A DNA stretch of 64,000 bases, taken from positions 24,614,001 through 24,678,000 of the forward strand of contig NC_045716.1 in NCBI RefSeq assembly GCF_009834535.1, written 5' to 3'. The DNA is from Camelus ferus. Lineage: Eukaryota. Shown in pieces: positions 1 through 13,619 of the stretch (its first letter is position 1; each line of letters begins with the position of its first letter). The position numbers and the translations under genes are program-made. The notes below the pieces were generated by a model. That model had not been told where the DNA came from. It did no database searches and saw only the letters and a list, made by a program, of their open reading frames with translations.

Positions 1-1389
1 TCTACAAGAAATAAAGGCATTTAAGAGTGAATTAATAAAATTATATGTCAAGAAGTCAAAGCACTGGAGTTTGATGGTCAACAACAGTAGGTGGCTTCTC
101 CCACCTGACAGATCAACAGTAACAGGAACAGCAGCTAAGGCTGACTGCTCACTGTGCGCAGGTGCCTTTCTGAGAGCTGTGCGCACACTATATTGAAGAC
201 AGATTTTCAGTCTAGTTAGTCAATATCTCCAACAACTACCAGGGGGACCAGCCCCTGGCACTTTGGGATTTCTGTATCTAGAGTCCCTAGTAGAAACTGG
301 CAACAAGTGAGGTAGGGACTATCCATATGAGGCACATTCAGGCAGTTTAATGGAAAAAGAGTACTCACACCTCTCAGAAACAAAGAACAGTCAGATTTAC
401 AGCTGAAAGGACCCTGATAGATAATCTAGTCCAACTACCACGCCAGAGACGAGGAGACTGAGACCTGGAGAAGTTAAGAGATTTACCCAACGTCAAAGAG
501 CGAATCAAGAGTAACAAGCAGAAGTTTAATACATTGCTTTTCCCTCTGCCATGCTGCTCACTCACACACATCTGAGCAGAGATCTTTACGACTACCTCCA
601 GTCGGAAAAACAGGATTGGAGGAATATTCTCACCGCTCAGGTATCAATGGCAGAAAGAAATCAACAATCTGCTTTCATTTCTGATGGAGCAGACTGCCAG
701 AGGGTTCCAGAAAGATTCCTAGATGACTGTTTAGCCCTACCTATGACTATCTGCTCCTACCTATAAGAAGCCTCAAGCCAAAAAAAAAGAAAAAAAAAAG
801 CAGCAGCCTTAAGCCTTTTCCCTATAAGCCACTAGCTCTGGCTAAGTGACCTGAAACCTTTCTGATTTAAAATCAAAAGGGCACTATACAGAATATATCT
901 GTGGAAAGCCACTGGAAATGCCAAAATAACATGTCCATTGAAAATAAAAGCAAGCCAACCTGAGCTACACAGGATATAACCAAACGAGAGTGACAGCAGC
1001 CCCACGTGTTTCGATGCTTTAACACACGACATCTAGGCCTCTACTTTCAATTATTCTATGATAGCATCAGTCAAAACATAACACAGAGCATTTCCAAACC
1101 TCTGCTAATATAAGACTAAACATTTCAATCTGATGCAACTGGAGTCAAGGCAAACAAACTTGAAGCTGTAAAAATACAAAGGGATAACAGTCATTCTCTG
1201 ACATTGTTCAGCTGGCTGATTACATCACTTGGGATTTTTTTTTTCTTTCTGAAGCTCAATGATTCTACAACCCTTTTTCCTAGCTGTCTCTAACCATAAT
1301 TCTTTAACATTTCATGCAAATTAAATCTGCTGGAGATTTAAAAACAAACGAAGAAATAGTGATTCACCCAGCAGATATCCCTCACCTAC

Positions 1390-1506
1390 CTGCGGCTCTG
1401 TGTGAGCTGGAGAGGGGGGCTGATGCGTCAGCTAGAGCTGCAAGGGTGGCCAGCACTGAGGCGGTAGAATTTGAGAAGAGTGCTGTTGAGGAGGCATAGG
1501 GAGCAC
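1390..1506 (-). CDS. GABPB2: GABPB2 coding exon 5 (gene continues beyond the left edge of the window)
   Basis: tag|GT GCT CCC...GCC GCA G|gtaggt; encodes (G)APYASSTALFSNSTASVLATLAALADASAPLSSSHRAA, matching the GABP-beta SVLATLAALA segment; 117 nt, phase 1/1. Confidence 0.93.
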
Positions 1507-2260
1507 CTATTTTGGTAAAAAAGGCAAATGAGGTCTGGAGGAGAGAATAAATGGAGATGAACTAAGAATGGCTTACTAAATCAAAACTGTAGCTTTTCAC
1601 TCTGATGTCCTTAATCTTGCTCGCTAACATAAACTAATATAAACCAATTATCATGGTGCTAAAACTCTTCTAAGTTCTCCCTTTAAAAGGGTTTAAGGTA
1701 ATATGCTTGGTATAGGGCCACTACATTCCCCTCACTTGATCGTTCTCTTGGCACTGCCTGTGCTGAGCAGACCAAGAGTGCCACCCACTCCCTAGGCTGG
1801 CGGTGCAGAGCTCTCCCCGGCAGCAGGCAGTAAGGCAGCAGGCAGGAAGCATACAAAGCACGTCATGCCAGCCAAGAGCCAAGCAGCGGCGCGGGAACAG
1901 GTTCCTCCCGGGCTTTACTCAGCCATGCTACCTCTGTGCGTCAGCTAGAGAGGTGAGAAGACCAGGACTGACCTCTAGTGCGAGGACATTAAAAACCTTA
2001 AGTTTCACATGCTGACTGTCAAAGGGTAGTACAATTAATCCTAAAAAAATAATTATCTACTTTAGTTATGTCATGATGTGCTTTAAAAAATCTTGTGATA
2101 TTCTTGCAGCTAAGTTCCAACAGGGAAGTGCATTAGATCTGGCAACAGGCACACCTAACTTTATGAACAGAAAGTATTACTCAACAGTTCTGTGTAAATC
2201 AAACTTATAAAATGAATTGCATTTCTCTAAGTCTTTCACTATAATTTCAGAGATACTTAT

Positions 2261-2586
2261 TGTGCCAGTTGTGAATTTACTGTCCTTGGCTCCAAATCTG
2301 CCCTTCTTTGCTTTGCCTTGCAGTACTAAAGCTGGACCCCATAACTATTTCTTGTCACCTGGCATGAGATTAAGTTCTGTCATATAGAAGTAGCTCCCCA
2401 TACTGGCTATTCCTGTATTCTTTAGAGTTCTCCTCACCTCCTAGTTGTTAATCCACTGTTACTAACAATTCTTTATAAATTAAGTTTATAAGTTAATAAA
2501 TTATATATTTAGAAGTTATATATGTATGATAAAATTATACAAGTCACCATGTAGTTCTGCCTCCTGACTGAAATGTGACTGATACA
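2261..2586 (+). mobile_element. Old ERVL-class solo LTR (LTR33-like)
   Basis: TG...CA ends (tgtgccagtt...tgactgataca); 5-bp TSD CTTAT at 2256-2260 and 2587-2591; family name from recall. Confidence 0.7.
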
Positions 2587-3237
2587 CTTATCTTCTTTTT
2601 AAATGTATTCTTAATTTTTAACTTTTCCCACTACCTATGCTTAAAGATTCTTTCCAGTCTTTCTTCCATCAAAAAGTCAATTCTCTGTAAAATATTTAAA
2701 AACACTTAATGAACTTAAGTATTTAACACTCGTTATAATAAATCCTTCCACAGAGCAAGGAATCCTTTTCTGATATGATTAGCTAACCTGATTTAAATTT
2801 AAATTTCAGAAGATTTTTCCCCCAAAATGTGGATTTTTTCATCATTGCAAACTATCCTAATCACAGCTTTTAGATGATGACTATGGGAATGGAGATGAGA
2901 GTGGAGACAGTAATGATATCCCTATTTTATTCTAATTCTTTCATAAAATACTCAGGGAGCCAAATGGTCTGAGTAGAACACAGTGCTTGACCTCTAGAAA
3001 AGAGTCTGTGTCTATCTAATGACTTTGTAAGAGCAAGAGTCAGTGATAGCTTATACCCTAATTTTCCTGTTTAGTTCATGCTTTTCTCATCACTCAGCCA
3101 AATGCTGACATAAGAATTCACAAATGAAATAAACAAGGAACAAGCAATTCCTAGATATGTCTCTTGTGGAGGTTGAAATATATGTGACAATAAGTCAGTA
3201 GCAAAAAAAAACAAGGCTGTTATTATTTACCACAGTT

Positions 3238-3240
<3 letters not shown>

Positions 3241-3282
<42 letters not shown>
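3241..3282. repeat. (AC)21 microsatellite
   Basis: Perfect dinucleotide run. Confidence 0.97.
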
Positions 3283-3286
<4 letters not shown>

Positions 3287-4933
3287 TGACGATTAAAGTT
3301 CAAGTGGGACAAACATCAGTTAGGCCACCAAGCTAAAGGAGAACACCTAGCTAGAACTGCTCCATAAGAAAGGCATGTTACACCTTTTAGCATGATGATT
3401 CCAGCGTAAGGGTGCTCTCCCTTTGATTCAAACATAATGACTTACCCAGCTTCCCCTCAATAGCAAAATGAAGAAAGAACACTTATAAAAAATTAGGTTT
3501 AGTATTTTGACATACATAGCTGAAACTGAAAAGAGATGATGCAAATTACCTCTTTAGACTTACCCAGGGAAGTCTAGGAAAATAAACTACTTTGTTGTTA
3601 AATAATGTTAACTGTTTCGTTATCCTTTATATAAGATCCCACATCAAATAAAGTGATATGTGCATGGATGCTGTTATTTTTGGAAAGGAATGGCATTATT
3701 AGTGGCAACCCATTACCTACTCAGAATGTGGCTTACGTAAATAAACTCTTCAGACCAGGATTTAGGGGAGTGTGCTATGTCTGCTAGGTAATCTCTGCAA
3801 GTTAGTGAAAACTAGATGCAGAAAAATTAACTACTTTGCCCAAGGTCACGCAGCGAGTAAACACCGGAGCCCAGATTAGAACCTAATTCATTAGATTCCA
3901 ATACAGTCTTTATGAACCTATACAGAGCAATTTATATTTGACGTTGGAGTGCATCTTATGATTCTACAGAAATAGGAAACTGATCTTCACAACTTTGTTT
4001 TACCCTGATTAATGTTTAAATTAGTCTGTGTTCCCAATCACTGCAGTTTCACTGATGATGATTGATATTTTTAATCAAAAATGGAAAATTAAAAGCAAAC
4101 TTTGTAATCTGGTTTCTGATATCAAAAATAGCCACCAAAATGATAATCCTAGGATACTTTCAGTTAATTCTTAAAAATATTACTGGATGATGGGAAACAA
4201 GAGGCTGCCCCACCATTCAGGAAAAGAAAATCCTTTACCTCAGTTGAATAACACAGCCTGAATTTGTCTTATAATTTTTCTCCTTTCTTTTATCTGCACT
4301 GATTAAGCATCAGGTAGGCCAGTCCCCTAAAGGAGAATGGCTGGTAGAAATACTTCATGAGTAAGACGACATTGGAGAGATCGGCTCTAATTATGTGAGG
4401 GTTCAGCAGTTTCAATCTGTAGTTGTCAACACACAGAAGAGAGAAAGATGAAGAGGTTTGCCAAAAGCAGCATGACAAACGTGATATATAGGTCCATGGG
4501 AATCAAAGCTAAGAATCTCTACCCTGAATGTCTTCAACTTTGCTTATCATTCTAGATCAAAGTCTGGAGAATTTCAATAGTTAAAGACTTAACTAGCTCT
4601 TTTCACATGTTCGTGAACATGTAATTTTATCGGCTTCTAAAAACTTTTGGATTGTAAAAGTACTTTTCTAATCAGTGTCACCTGAACCACAACAAATCCA
4701 AATGACTGTGACTGCTCTAATTATATGTACACGTATATGTAAGCTAATTTTAAAAAATCAGCTAAGAACTAAAGCACAGTGATTTTAAGTAATTGGTAGC
4801 CTATTAAATGAAGGTCACTACTGCCCCCTTGTGGGCATGACGGAGTCAACCTTCACTGAGAAGTTGTATTTTCACTTAACACTGATTATTGAAGCCCTCC
4901 TATAAAATGGGCACTGAAATACAAAATCTCAGT

Positions 4934-5095
4934 CTCATAACAACCTCATGATATATGTATTATTATGTCCCAATTTTAAATATAAGGAAAGAAGGCTTGA
5001 AGACGTAAGTAGTTTTCCCAAGGTCAAACATCTAGTCAATTAACACATCAGTGTTTGAAAGCAGTTCTGAATGCAAAATTCCACGCGTGTACAAG
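4934..5095 (-). mobile_element. MIR SINE fragment
   Basis: ctcataacaacctc...cccaattt...cccaaggtca resembles the MIR core; limits approximate. Confidence 0.55.
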
Positions 5096-5853
5096 TGTGT
5101 ATTTTATCACATTGCCTCTCAATAATGATACCTCATTTAAGATCTTCCTTTGATATTTTACAAACTTAACTATGAATACAGTTGCTTATTTTTAAACGAA
5201 AGTCAGGAACAGAAAAAGAAACCAAGAGTCAATTGGAAATTTTATTTAAGTGAGGACACAAGTTCCCTCACTGTAAAGCAAGTATCTGTAAAGAGATGTT
5301 GAAAATAAACTCAATTTGCTCTTTTTAGATAAATATTTTTGTTAAAAACATACAAGTCTCAAAAGCTCAATACCAAGTGCTGCTCTTTGCTATTTTATTG
5401 TTACACATGTTCTCAGAAACAAATCAAGCCTCTCCTATTGTAGTCACATAACCACAGGTACCTGTATCAGCACTCCAACAACCACGTAAGTTTATTCTGC
5501 TTTATGTTTTACTGCTTTAGGCTGCAAATGTTTAACTATTTTCCTTAGCACGACCATACTGAAGCACCCTTGTATTTTCATTTTGGGGTCAGATATAACC
5601 CTTCAACAGATTAATCTGTAGAATAATATTACTTTTAACACAGTAAGCACTTATGTATAACCCCAATGTATGATCTTCCCTTTCCCCAGAAAGAGTAAGT
5701 GCATTAGCTTTAAAATCTATTATAAATTTTCTATTTTGGGAATATTTTAATAAAGGTGTGGATATCAGAGAGGGTATCTATTCATCTCATAGGAAAACCT
5801 GGGATTCTGTTCATTTTAAGATTAAAATAAATGCCCCATTATCAGAATATTAC

Positions 5854-5992
5854 CTGAGGTTGTTTTGGTGTTGGCTGAAGAAACAAGGCTTGCCAGGTTG
5901 ACAACCTCTCCTGATGTGAAGATGAATGGGGTGGCCACAGTCACAGGGTTGGCTCTCTCGGGATTAGCATTCACCTGATTCTGCATTGCTTC
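5854..5992 (-). CDS. GABPB2: GABPB2 coding exon 4
   Basis: tag|GAA GCA ATG CAG...ACC TCA G|gtaata; EAMQNQVNANPERANPVTVATPFIFTSGEVVNLASLVSSANTKTTS; 139 nt. Confidence 0.94.
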
Positions 5993-6691
5993 CTACAAAA
6001 CAGTGCAGAGTATCTCAAAATCAGAACACTTATTAGCCTTAGTTATACAGTTACTGAACAACTAATCCCCCACAATGCTCTATCAAGCAGAACTAGTTCT
6101 GGCATACAATGTCCCAGGGACCACAGAGTTCTCATTAAGACTACTGTTTTTTTTTTTTTAGACCAGAGCAACAAAGATGTTAGGTTGCTTTCCCAAACTT
6201 ATTTCTACTTTAGGAAAAAAAAAAAGGCATATTACTTGCAAAAACTTCTAGACAACTTACTTAACCTCTTTGAATCTTGTCTTTTAATTTGAAAAATGAA
6301 AGGGGTGACTTAAAAAGTAATTGCCAGCCCTAATATCCTATGATCAATTATCTACAAGACAGTGCGCTAGCTGGAGATCCCCGCAGATAATCTACAGAGA
6401 ATAATATTCTCCAGAGTTTTGTCCAACTACTTATTCTATTCTGCCACTGAAGAAATTCCTAAGAGAATATATAACAAGCAAATAAATGTGTGCCAGATTT
6501 TAATGTCTAGTTCCATATGCTGCACTTCTGCTTCCAGGGATATCTGCACAATTTTGGTGTAAAGATGCTTATCTTTACTCTATTTTTTTACTTTCATAAG
6601 CAGTTTTCTACAAACATGATCACTACTAAAAAGAAGTCAAATTATGCAAGGACCCTAAACAAGGAATTGAAAGTTGAAGAGGATAACCAGT

Positions 6692-6821
6692 NNNNNNNNN
6701 NNNNNNNNNNNNNNNNNNNNNNNNNNNNNNNNNNNNNNNNNNNNNNNNNNNNNNNNNNNNNNNNNNNNNNNNNNNNNNNNNNNNNNNNNNNNNNNNNNNN
6801 NNNNNNNNNNNNNNNNNNNNN
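6692..6821. other. Assembly gap (N run)
   Basis: 130 N. Confidence 0.99.
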
Positions 6822-6849
6822 CATCCATTCTCTGGTTACTGTTAAATTC

Positions 6850-7530
6850 CTTCCTGAATCTGCCCCTTCTATAGTCCATTATCATTTCCTTAATTCAGGC
6901 CCTCATTGGCTCTTGTCTGGCCTAATGCTGAAGAAACACATAGTGACTTTCATGAACTGTCTTCTCTCAAGTCTGCATATCACACCCCAAACAATCATTA
7001 AAAAAAACCTAATCACATCAATCCTCTATTTAAAAGCTTCTATTGGATCCCCCTTGCCCACAAAATCGTCCACACTCTTTGCACGCCACGTAACACCCCT
7101 ATGCTCAGAACCCAGCCTAACGCTCAGCCTTCACTCCTGCCACTCCCAAACTCTGCTGCCCTTGCCCGATCTTTAGTCACAGAATTACTTACTCGTTCCT
7201 GAACATTCCATGTCCTTTCACACCTCTGTGTCTTTGATTTGCTTTTTCTAGCCTATGATATCATTTTCTCACATCTCTGCTTACTTCTCCTCCACAACTC
7301 AGTTCAGATTCTACATACACTTTAATCCCTACCTTAAGTATCATCAATACTCCCTCTCTGCAGTCCTGTAACACTTACTAGGTACCTGTTATCACCACAG
7401 TAGTGTAATACTTTATATCTTGTCTTTACTTTCATCATGGTGTAAACACTCCAAGGGCAATTAACCTCTGTATCCCTCATCCCGTTATTTCTTGATATAC
7501 AAGTGCTGGCTTAAGAAATCCATGGATGAA
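6850..7530 (+). mobile_element. L2 LINE 3' fragment
   Basis: Degenerate L2-like 3' region; limits approximate. Confidence 0.5.
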
Positions 7531-7942
7531 ATTATCACAGCTGATTTTTAATTCTGAGATGGCTTCCTTATGACTCAATATGCTTTGTAGCTATGTACTA
7601 TCTCACATCAGTTGATGTATATTTATAAAACATAAAGAGGCTTTTAATACTGTCCCAAGTCAAGTTTAATTACAAAGGGAAATTTTCATGGAGGAAAAAA
7701 ACATTCTAAAGCCAAATAATCTTATTTTTGTCCTGACCACAACATTGTTCTTCAATCACCATGAATAATTCAGGGTTTTACAGAATTTTTTAAAAAGATA
7801 CTAATGTCACTGAGTCACAAGACTGAGACATACTGGAAGTACTACTTTGATGAGATAGGGAAGATTTCGTTTCGATTCAGCTCCTACAAAAAATCCTTAA
7901 CTTCATCTGAAGTATACTCTAGTGGTATACAAATAACAAGAC

Positions 7943-8137
7943 CTGAAGGATGACCAGAATCTCAGCATTGTTTTTCTCCAGGGCTATGTCAAAGGCAGAC
8001 TTATCGAACTTGCTGAAGGCATGGACGTCAGCTCCGTATTTGATGAGCAGCTCTACAACCTCTCGATGGTGGTGCTCTGTGGCCCAATGCAAAGCCGTCA
8101 TCTTCAGCATGTCCTTGGCATTCACATCTGCACCATT
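7943..8137 (-). CDS. GABPB2: GABPB2 coding exon 3 (ankyrin repeats)
   Basis: cag|AAT GGT GCA GAT GTG...CTT CAG|gtcttg; [65 protein letters not shown]; 195 nt. Confidence 0.96.
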
Positions 8138-8690
8138 CTGTCACAGAAAAGTAATTTTTTTCAAATAGACACTGGTTACAGTAGCACAGGTACAACATCC
8201 CATCACCAAATATAGAGGATTTCTAGAGAGATTACTCATATTCAAATTTAGATCATGTTTAAAAAATACCAAAGGGAAAAACATTTCTCAGATTCTCTTG
8301 AATTCTGACAGACATCATGCCTTAAGTGAGTGGGTCCTTTAAGGACATCACTGGGAAATTACAACAGATGGGAGAGGAAGGGGAAAAGAACAGATTTTTG
8401 TTGCATTTATTAACAGAAAGCTGAGTGCCTGAAAAAACAGGCATAAAAGCAGAGAACACCTGCAGAAGAAAAATTAAGAAAAATGAATAAAGTCTGTTTA
8501 GCCTTTAACAGATTAGAAAACAAAATCCTCATAGCCATGATGACACTCGAAAGAGATGCAACTCAATGCTATAAACCGTTCTAGGGTTAATCTTTCCCAG
8601 CCTAGTTTCCTACCACCTGTTTAAGTAAGGAAACAGGGAGATGTATGTCTTTTTTATAATACAGACCCGCCACCACTATTCTTGCTTTAC

Positions 8691-8858
8691 CCTAACAAGA
8701 AGTTCCACGATGTGTGCATGTCCATCAGCTGCAGCCATGTGCAAAGGGGTCCTGTCCACTTTGGTCCGGGCATCCCTGCTAACGCCTGCTCGAAGGAGCA
8801 CCTCTGCTGTGGAATAATGACCATACTGGGCTGCAAGGTGGAGGGGTGATGTTCCAAG
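8691..8858 (-). CDS. GABPB2: GABPB2 coding exon 2 (ankyrin repeats)
   Basis: cag|CTT GGA ACA...GTT AGG|gtaaag; [56 protein letters not shown]; 168 nt. Confidence 0.96.
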
Positions 8859-10266
8859 CTGTGGGAAAATAATACTCATTGAATATCAACTATGTGCAGG
8901 GTCCTAAATCATTACTGGAGGGGCAGAAATGAACAAGAGGTGAAGCTAGGGTCCTTTCTTGGAGAGAGAATCTGGTTGGGCAAATAGGCTGAAGAAATGG
9001 TTTAAATTAAAATCAACATACTAATGGGCAAATAAATATACCACCAATTAAATAAGTGCTAAGTATAATGGATTTAAGTCAGGTGGACTTACCAGGTAAA
9101 ATTCCCTAAAGGACATGCTTTTAAATAGGACTTAGAAGAAGGTAAAACAAATGGATAGAAAAGAGCATTCTGAGTCAGGGGTAAGGGAAAGGATAGGCAG
9201 GTTCAAAATAATTCTTAGGAAAAGGGCAGAGTCTAGAAAGTTGCATGTGAAATCTGGGATGCAAATTTAATTGGTTGAAATAGACGTTTGTTACCACAGT
9301 GAAGTAAAGCAAAAAGACTGACAGACGAAGTACCCCAAAAAGTAACAATAAAAATAGCAATGGTGTGTCAATAGCAATAAGCAAGTCTGTATCATCTCAA
9401 AGTAAATCTTCTAAGAGTTATCTATCAGCATCCATTTTGGCCAGATATCTGTTCCTTTCTTTGTGTTATGCTCTTTATTTTAAGCTTATTTCGTTTATTC
9501 TTTGCTTTTCATATATTCAGTCTTTCTGCCTGACTGGATTTAATTCACACTGCTCTTTTCAGGTCTATTTATAGAAATGCTAATCTCATGGGTTTCCTTT
9601 CTTCCTTTCTGTGAAGTGCTAAGAACTGCTGGCCTCTGAAGTTATGAATTAATCACCCCAGAACAGAGGACACTGCTCATCGAATTGTTAAAATTAGGCA
9701 ATACTTACAAAATCTATGAATACTAAGCAAGCCCATGTTATAACTGAGACCTGGATCTTGTGACTCTGCTCTCCAAGCTGGCTGGCTGAAGTCATGAAAT
9801 TACACCTTCCTCTGTAATGTTTTTTAACAGTGGGAAAGGAAGCAAAACGGCGAAACTACTCCTTATTAACCAGGACATTGCAGAGGAAAGGAAATAAGGG
9901 GTTTACTAGCTGAGAAATGCACTCTTAGTATACTGATTTTGTTTAATTTCTAGCTAATTACAGAAGCCTACAACCCAATTACACTCCAGGGAGAAGTAAA
10001 CCTTTAGAAAATACTCTGAAACAACATTATCGAAGACCACAAGTATATAATACCTTACAATTACCACCTATATATCCACAGGAGACTCTTTCAATTTGGA
10101 AAACTAGAAGAAAAAGAAAACCACATATTTGGATGAGTCAAAGAACATGAAACTCTTGTAGGGAGACTGAGGCAAAAACAGAATGAAGGAAAAGCAACAC
10201 AGTCTGCTTAGCCTTTAAGAAAAAGTCTGGGGACACCACACACTGGGAGCCGTTCAGAGAGCTTAC

Positions 10267-10374
10267 CCAGTCTGTGGTGAATGGGGCACCATTTGCCATC
10301 AGTGTTCTCACTTCATCATCTTGGCCTTTTCTTGCTGCTTCTAGCAACCTCTTCCCCAAGTCCACCAAAGACAT
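10267..10374 (-). CDS. GABPB2: GABPB2 coding exon 1 (GA-binding protein beta-2); exon begins at the ATG
   Basis: aag|ATG TCT TTG...GAC TGG|gtaagc; [36 protein letters not shown]; 108 nt. Confidence 0.96.
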
Positions 10375-10899
10375 CTTTATGCATAGGAACACAATTGTTC
10401 AGGAAGCTATAATTCAAACATAAGGAAAGTTGCCTGTAAAATGCTTTCAGAAGACCTCTTGTACGTGAACACATGTAACACACTTTCCAAGCCGACTCTC
10501 CGGTAAGGCACTTCTTTCCCACCGCATCTAACACAGATATTGGGGAAAGCTTCAGGCCCTAAACCACAGATCCCTCGCTTTCAATCTCCAGAAAAATACT
10601 TTGGAAATATGTGAAACACATTACCACCTTTCTAGCTTCAGGAAAAAATAAAACAGCATTTCATCCCTCTGAAACAACCATGGGTAGAAATAGCATGTTA
10701 CACGAAAGAATGAATAGACAAACCAAGGAGAGTGAGACTCAGGTACAAGGCAGACATTTTTTCAAAATGAACAAAGAGAGTCTGCGACTTCAAGAAGACA
10801 AACAGCAGTATTTACTGCCAATTATCAATTTTAATTTCAGCTCTGAAGCAAAAAACAGTAATTTTGGGGAACCTATTATTCACCACCAAGAGTTAACAG

Positions 10900-11630
10900 C
10901 TCATTACAACTTTTCTGATAAAATTAGTGGTGATACTAATGAATGCGATTTTTTATACTGTATAATAAAATGCATCAATATTTGGATGATCTGCATTATT
11001 TGGTGAATCAATATTTTTCTTTTTTTGGATGAACCAATATTTTTCAAATAACCAACGCATGTTACAAAATCATGCACGGGTAAAAAGACTGATTAAAAAT
11101 GAAAGCAGATCAATGGGTTTTAAAGTAATGGAATATAAAAATTCACTGACATGGTTTCAGATTCTTCACTGCAACTCACTTTTAAGAAATTGCCACTTGT
11201 CCAGTTTCTGTGTAACATCAAAGAATATTCACAATTACCTGAACAAGCTATTTAAAAACTAGTCCTTTCTCCAAGTACATATTGCAACAGATTGAATGCA
11301 GAAATAGATGTGAAAGTTAAGCCAGAAATTGAAGAGATTTGCAAAAATATAAAACAATGTCATTCTTCTATTTTTTTCTTGCTTGTGGGTTTTTTTGTTG
11401 TTGTTGTTATTCTTTTTTTCTTTTTTCTATTTCTTTAACTTGGAAGATATCTATTTTTCATAAAATTGTGCTATTTATGTTAACATGTAATGGATTCATT
11501 ATTATATTTTAATTAACATTTGAAAGTTAATTTTTAAAACAGTAAATATCAATAGATATAACACATTGGAGTCCTCAATAATTTTTAAGAATATTAATGA
11601 GTCCTGAAACCAAAAAACTTGAGAATCATT
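10900..11630 (+). mobile_element. hAT-Charlie1-like DNA transposon relic
   Basis: gcaacagattgaatgcagaa...gagatttgcaaaaat..aaaacaatg and terminus tcctgaaaccaaaaaacttgagaatcattg resemble Charlie1 as recalled. Confidence 0.65.
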
Positions 11631-13619
11631 GGGTTAGGCAAATCATTTAGCCACTATGCGATTTAATATTCCAATCTACATTATAGAACACTGTGTTCAA
11701 ACATGGGAATCCGGGAGACCACCAGGGGAGTTTGTTTAAAATGCATATATGCTTGAGGCTCTAGTCCAGGTCCTCTGATTGACTGGAGCAGAGGATGAAT
11801 TCTAACAGTGTGAAAGTTTATAACCTGTTCTAAGTGTCAGTTTTTACAACTTAAGAAAATGCTAGATTAAAAAAATGAAAGCATAACCTTCTTACGGAAA
11901 ACTGATACTTTGCATTTCTCCATGGTTATCATTCTCTAAAAATATCAAAACTTCCTTTCAATTTAGTTATCTTATTAATAACAAGAACAAAATTTTAGGT
12001 GACTCATTAGCAGAAATGACTCCTTCACATTTTCTCAGATTATACTATATACAAAAGGTTATCATGAAGGCTTAAACAGCTCTACGATAACTGATCACAA
12101 AGAGAAAGAATGCCCTACACAGCGATGTTCATAAATGGCTGGCACGAAGCAGGAGTAAATTAACCTAAATTTCAGCTCTATTCTCTACCACAAAAGATAC
12201 TCAGTGGTAGGCTGAGGTATCTGCTTAAGGAAAAATCTGGTTTGCTTCACATTCGCGGGAAGCTGACACTTCTGGAAAACAAGATCCTTTAGATTGATTT
12301 TATCCCATTGCAACTGGTGTCTTCAGCACCTGAACTCCTGCAAAATATTTCTGAGCCATCAATTTTTTTCACTGTAGTCTGCCTTCATATTTATGTTAAT
12401 TTTATCACTTTTCTTCAACCATATTTGTGAGTATGTGTATCAGTACCTCTAAATGGCAACTGACTCAAATGTTTCATCTCCATTGTTTATATAGGCCATC
12501 AAGAGGCTTAGTTTTTACTATACAAAGATACTGTAGCTAAACTTTGGGATTAGAATGTAAATAATCTGTTATATTAATCACCTGATATTTAAAAAGTCTC
12601 TTAGAATGTGTTCCTCAAGGTTCTTTTCTCTCCCTATTCTCAGTTACTCTTTTCTTTCAATTTAACCTGAAGCATCTATCTAAAGTAAAATGTATTTTTA
12701 AAACAACAGCATTTTGGGGAGACTATGTGCCATTCTCCCACATACTATCCACATCCTGTACTGGCAGTACCTACCAGATAAGAAATGTAGCTTAAGAATG
12801 AGATAGTCTAGGCCCTTCTTATCTCCTTGATTACTAAAAACAAAAGGAAAACATTCTCTCTTACTGGATGTACCTCCACTTTTCCTATATACAAAGTTCA
12901 GAAACAAAATCTGATCTAACTTGCCTCCTAGGATTTTAGAGATGAATAACAAGGGCACCCATTTCCCCTCCCATACCAACATACGAGAATTTTCAGTAAG
13001 TGTGTTTTAATAATTGATGAAATGCTTGAGCTCTTAACAACAAAGTACTCTATCAGAGAGTAATTTCCTTTGTTGATATAAGAATTTGGGTGGAGCTGTT
13101 CAATCATTGTTACCAAAGCGTGTATGAACACAGATGCTTAAGAACATCTCTGTTGTACTACGGGTGGGTCAAATGGTACGATGAAAATATGGTCCCAGAT
13201 GGCTAAAAATGTCAAATTGTTGAAGGTCAGTCATAGAATGTTCTTTTCCAAAGACGTTTTAAAAAGAGAGATGAGAGGGGAAAGTCCCTCTGGGAAAAGG
13301 GGGAGGAATGAGATGGTGTGTGCTGTCTCAAGGAAATCTGTGACAATTGGAGAAAGCTAACGGAAAGGAGAAACGGAATCGAAGAATCCATGATCTGACG
13401 ACCTTTTTATTTCTTTTTCTATTGCACACGTCCCCACTGGGCCGCCAGCTGTACAAACAACAGTGCAAGAACTGGAGGCGGGGCCCTAACGGCTCTTGCT
13501 CAGATTACTGAGCTCACTAATAATCTTTAGGCTATTGCTGCGGGCAGAGAATTAGGGTCCTCGCTTTCTGCTCTATCACAAATCCTCCAGTCCCTCACAG
13601 CGACGTTCTGTCTTTCTGG

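Noticed and set aside
1425-1950. 13-mer GCGTCAGCTAGAG shared by a GABPB2 exon and the adjacent intron
   Set aside because: Short, no extended homology and no duplicated-exon structure.
6517-7176. 219-aa ORF, and the other X-containing ORFs near 28312-28585 and 39087-39666
   Set aside because: Artefacts of translating through N gaps plus L2 or L1 relics.
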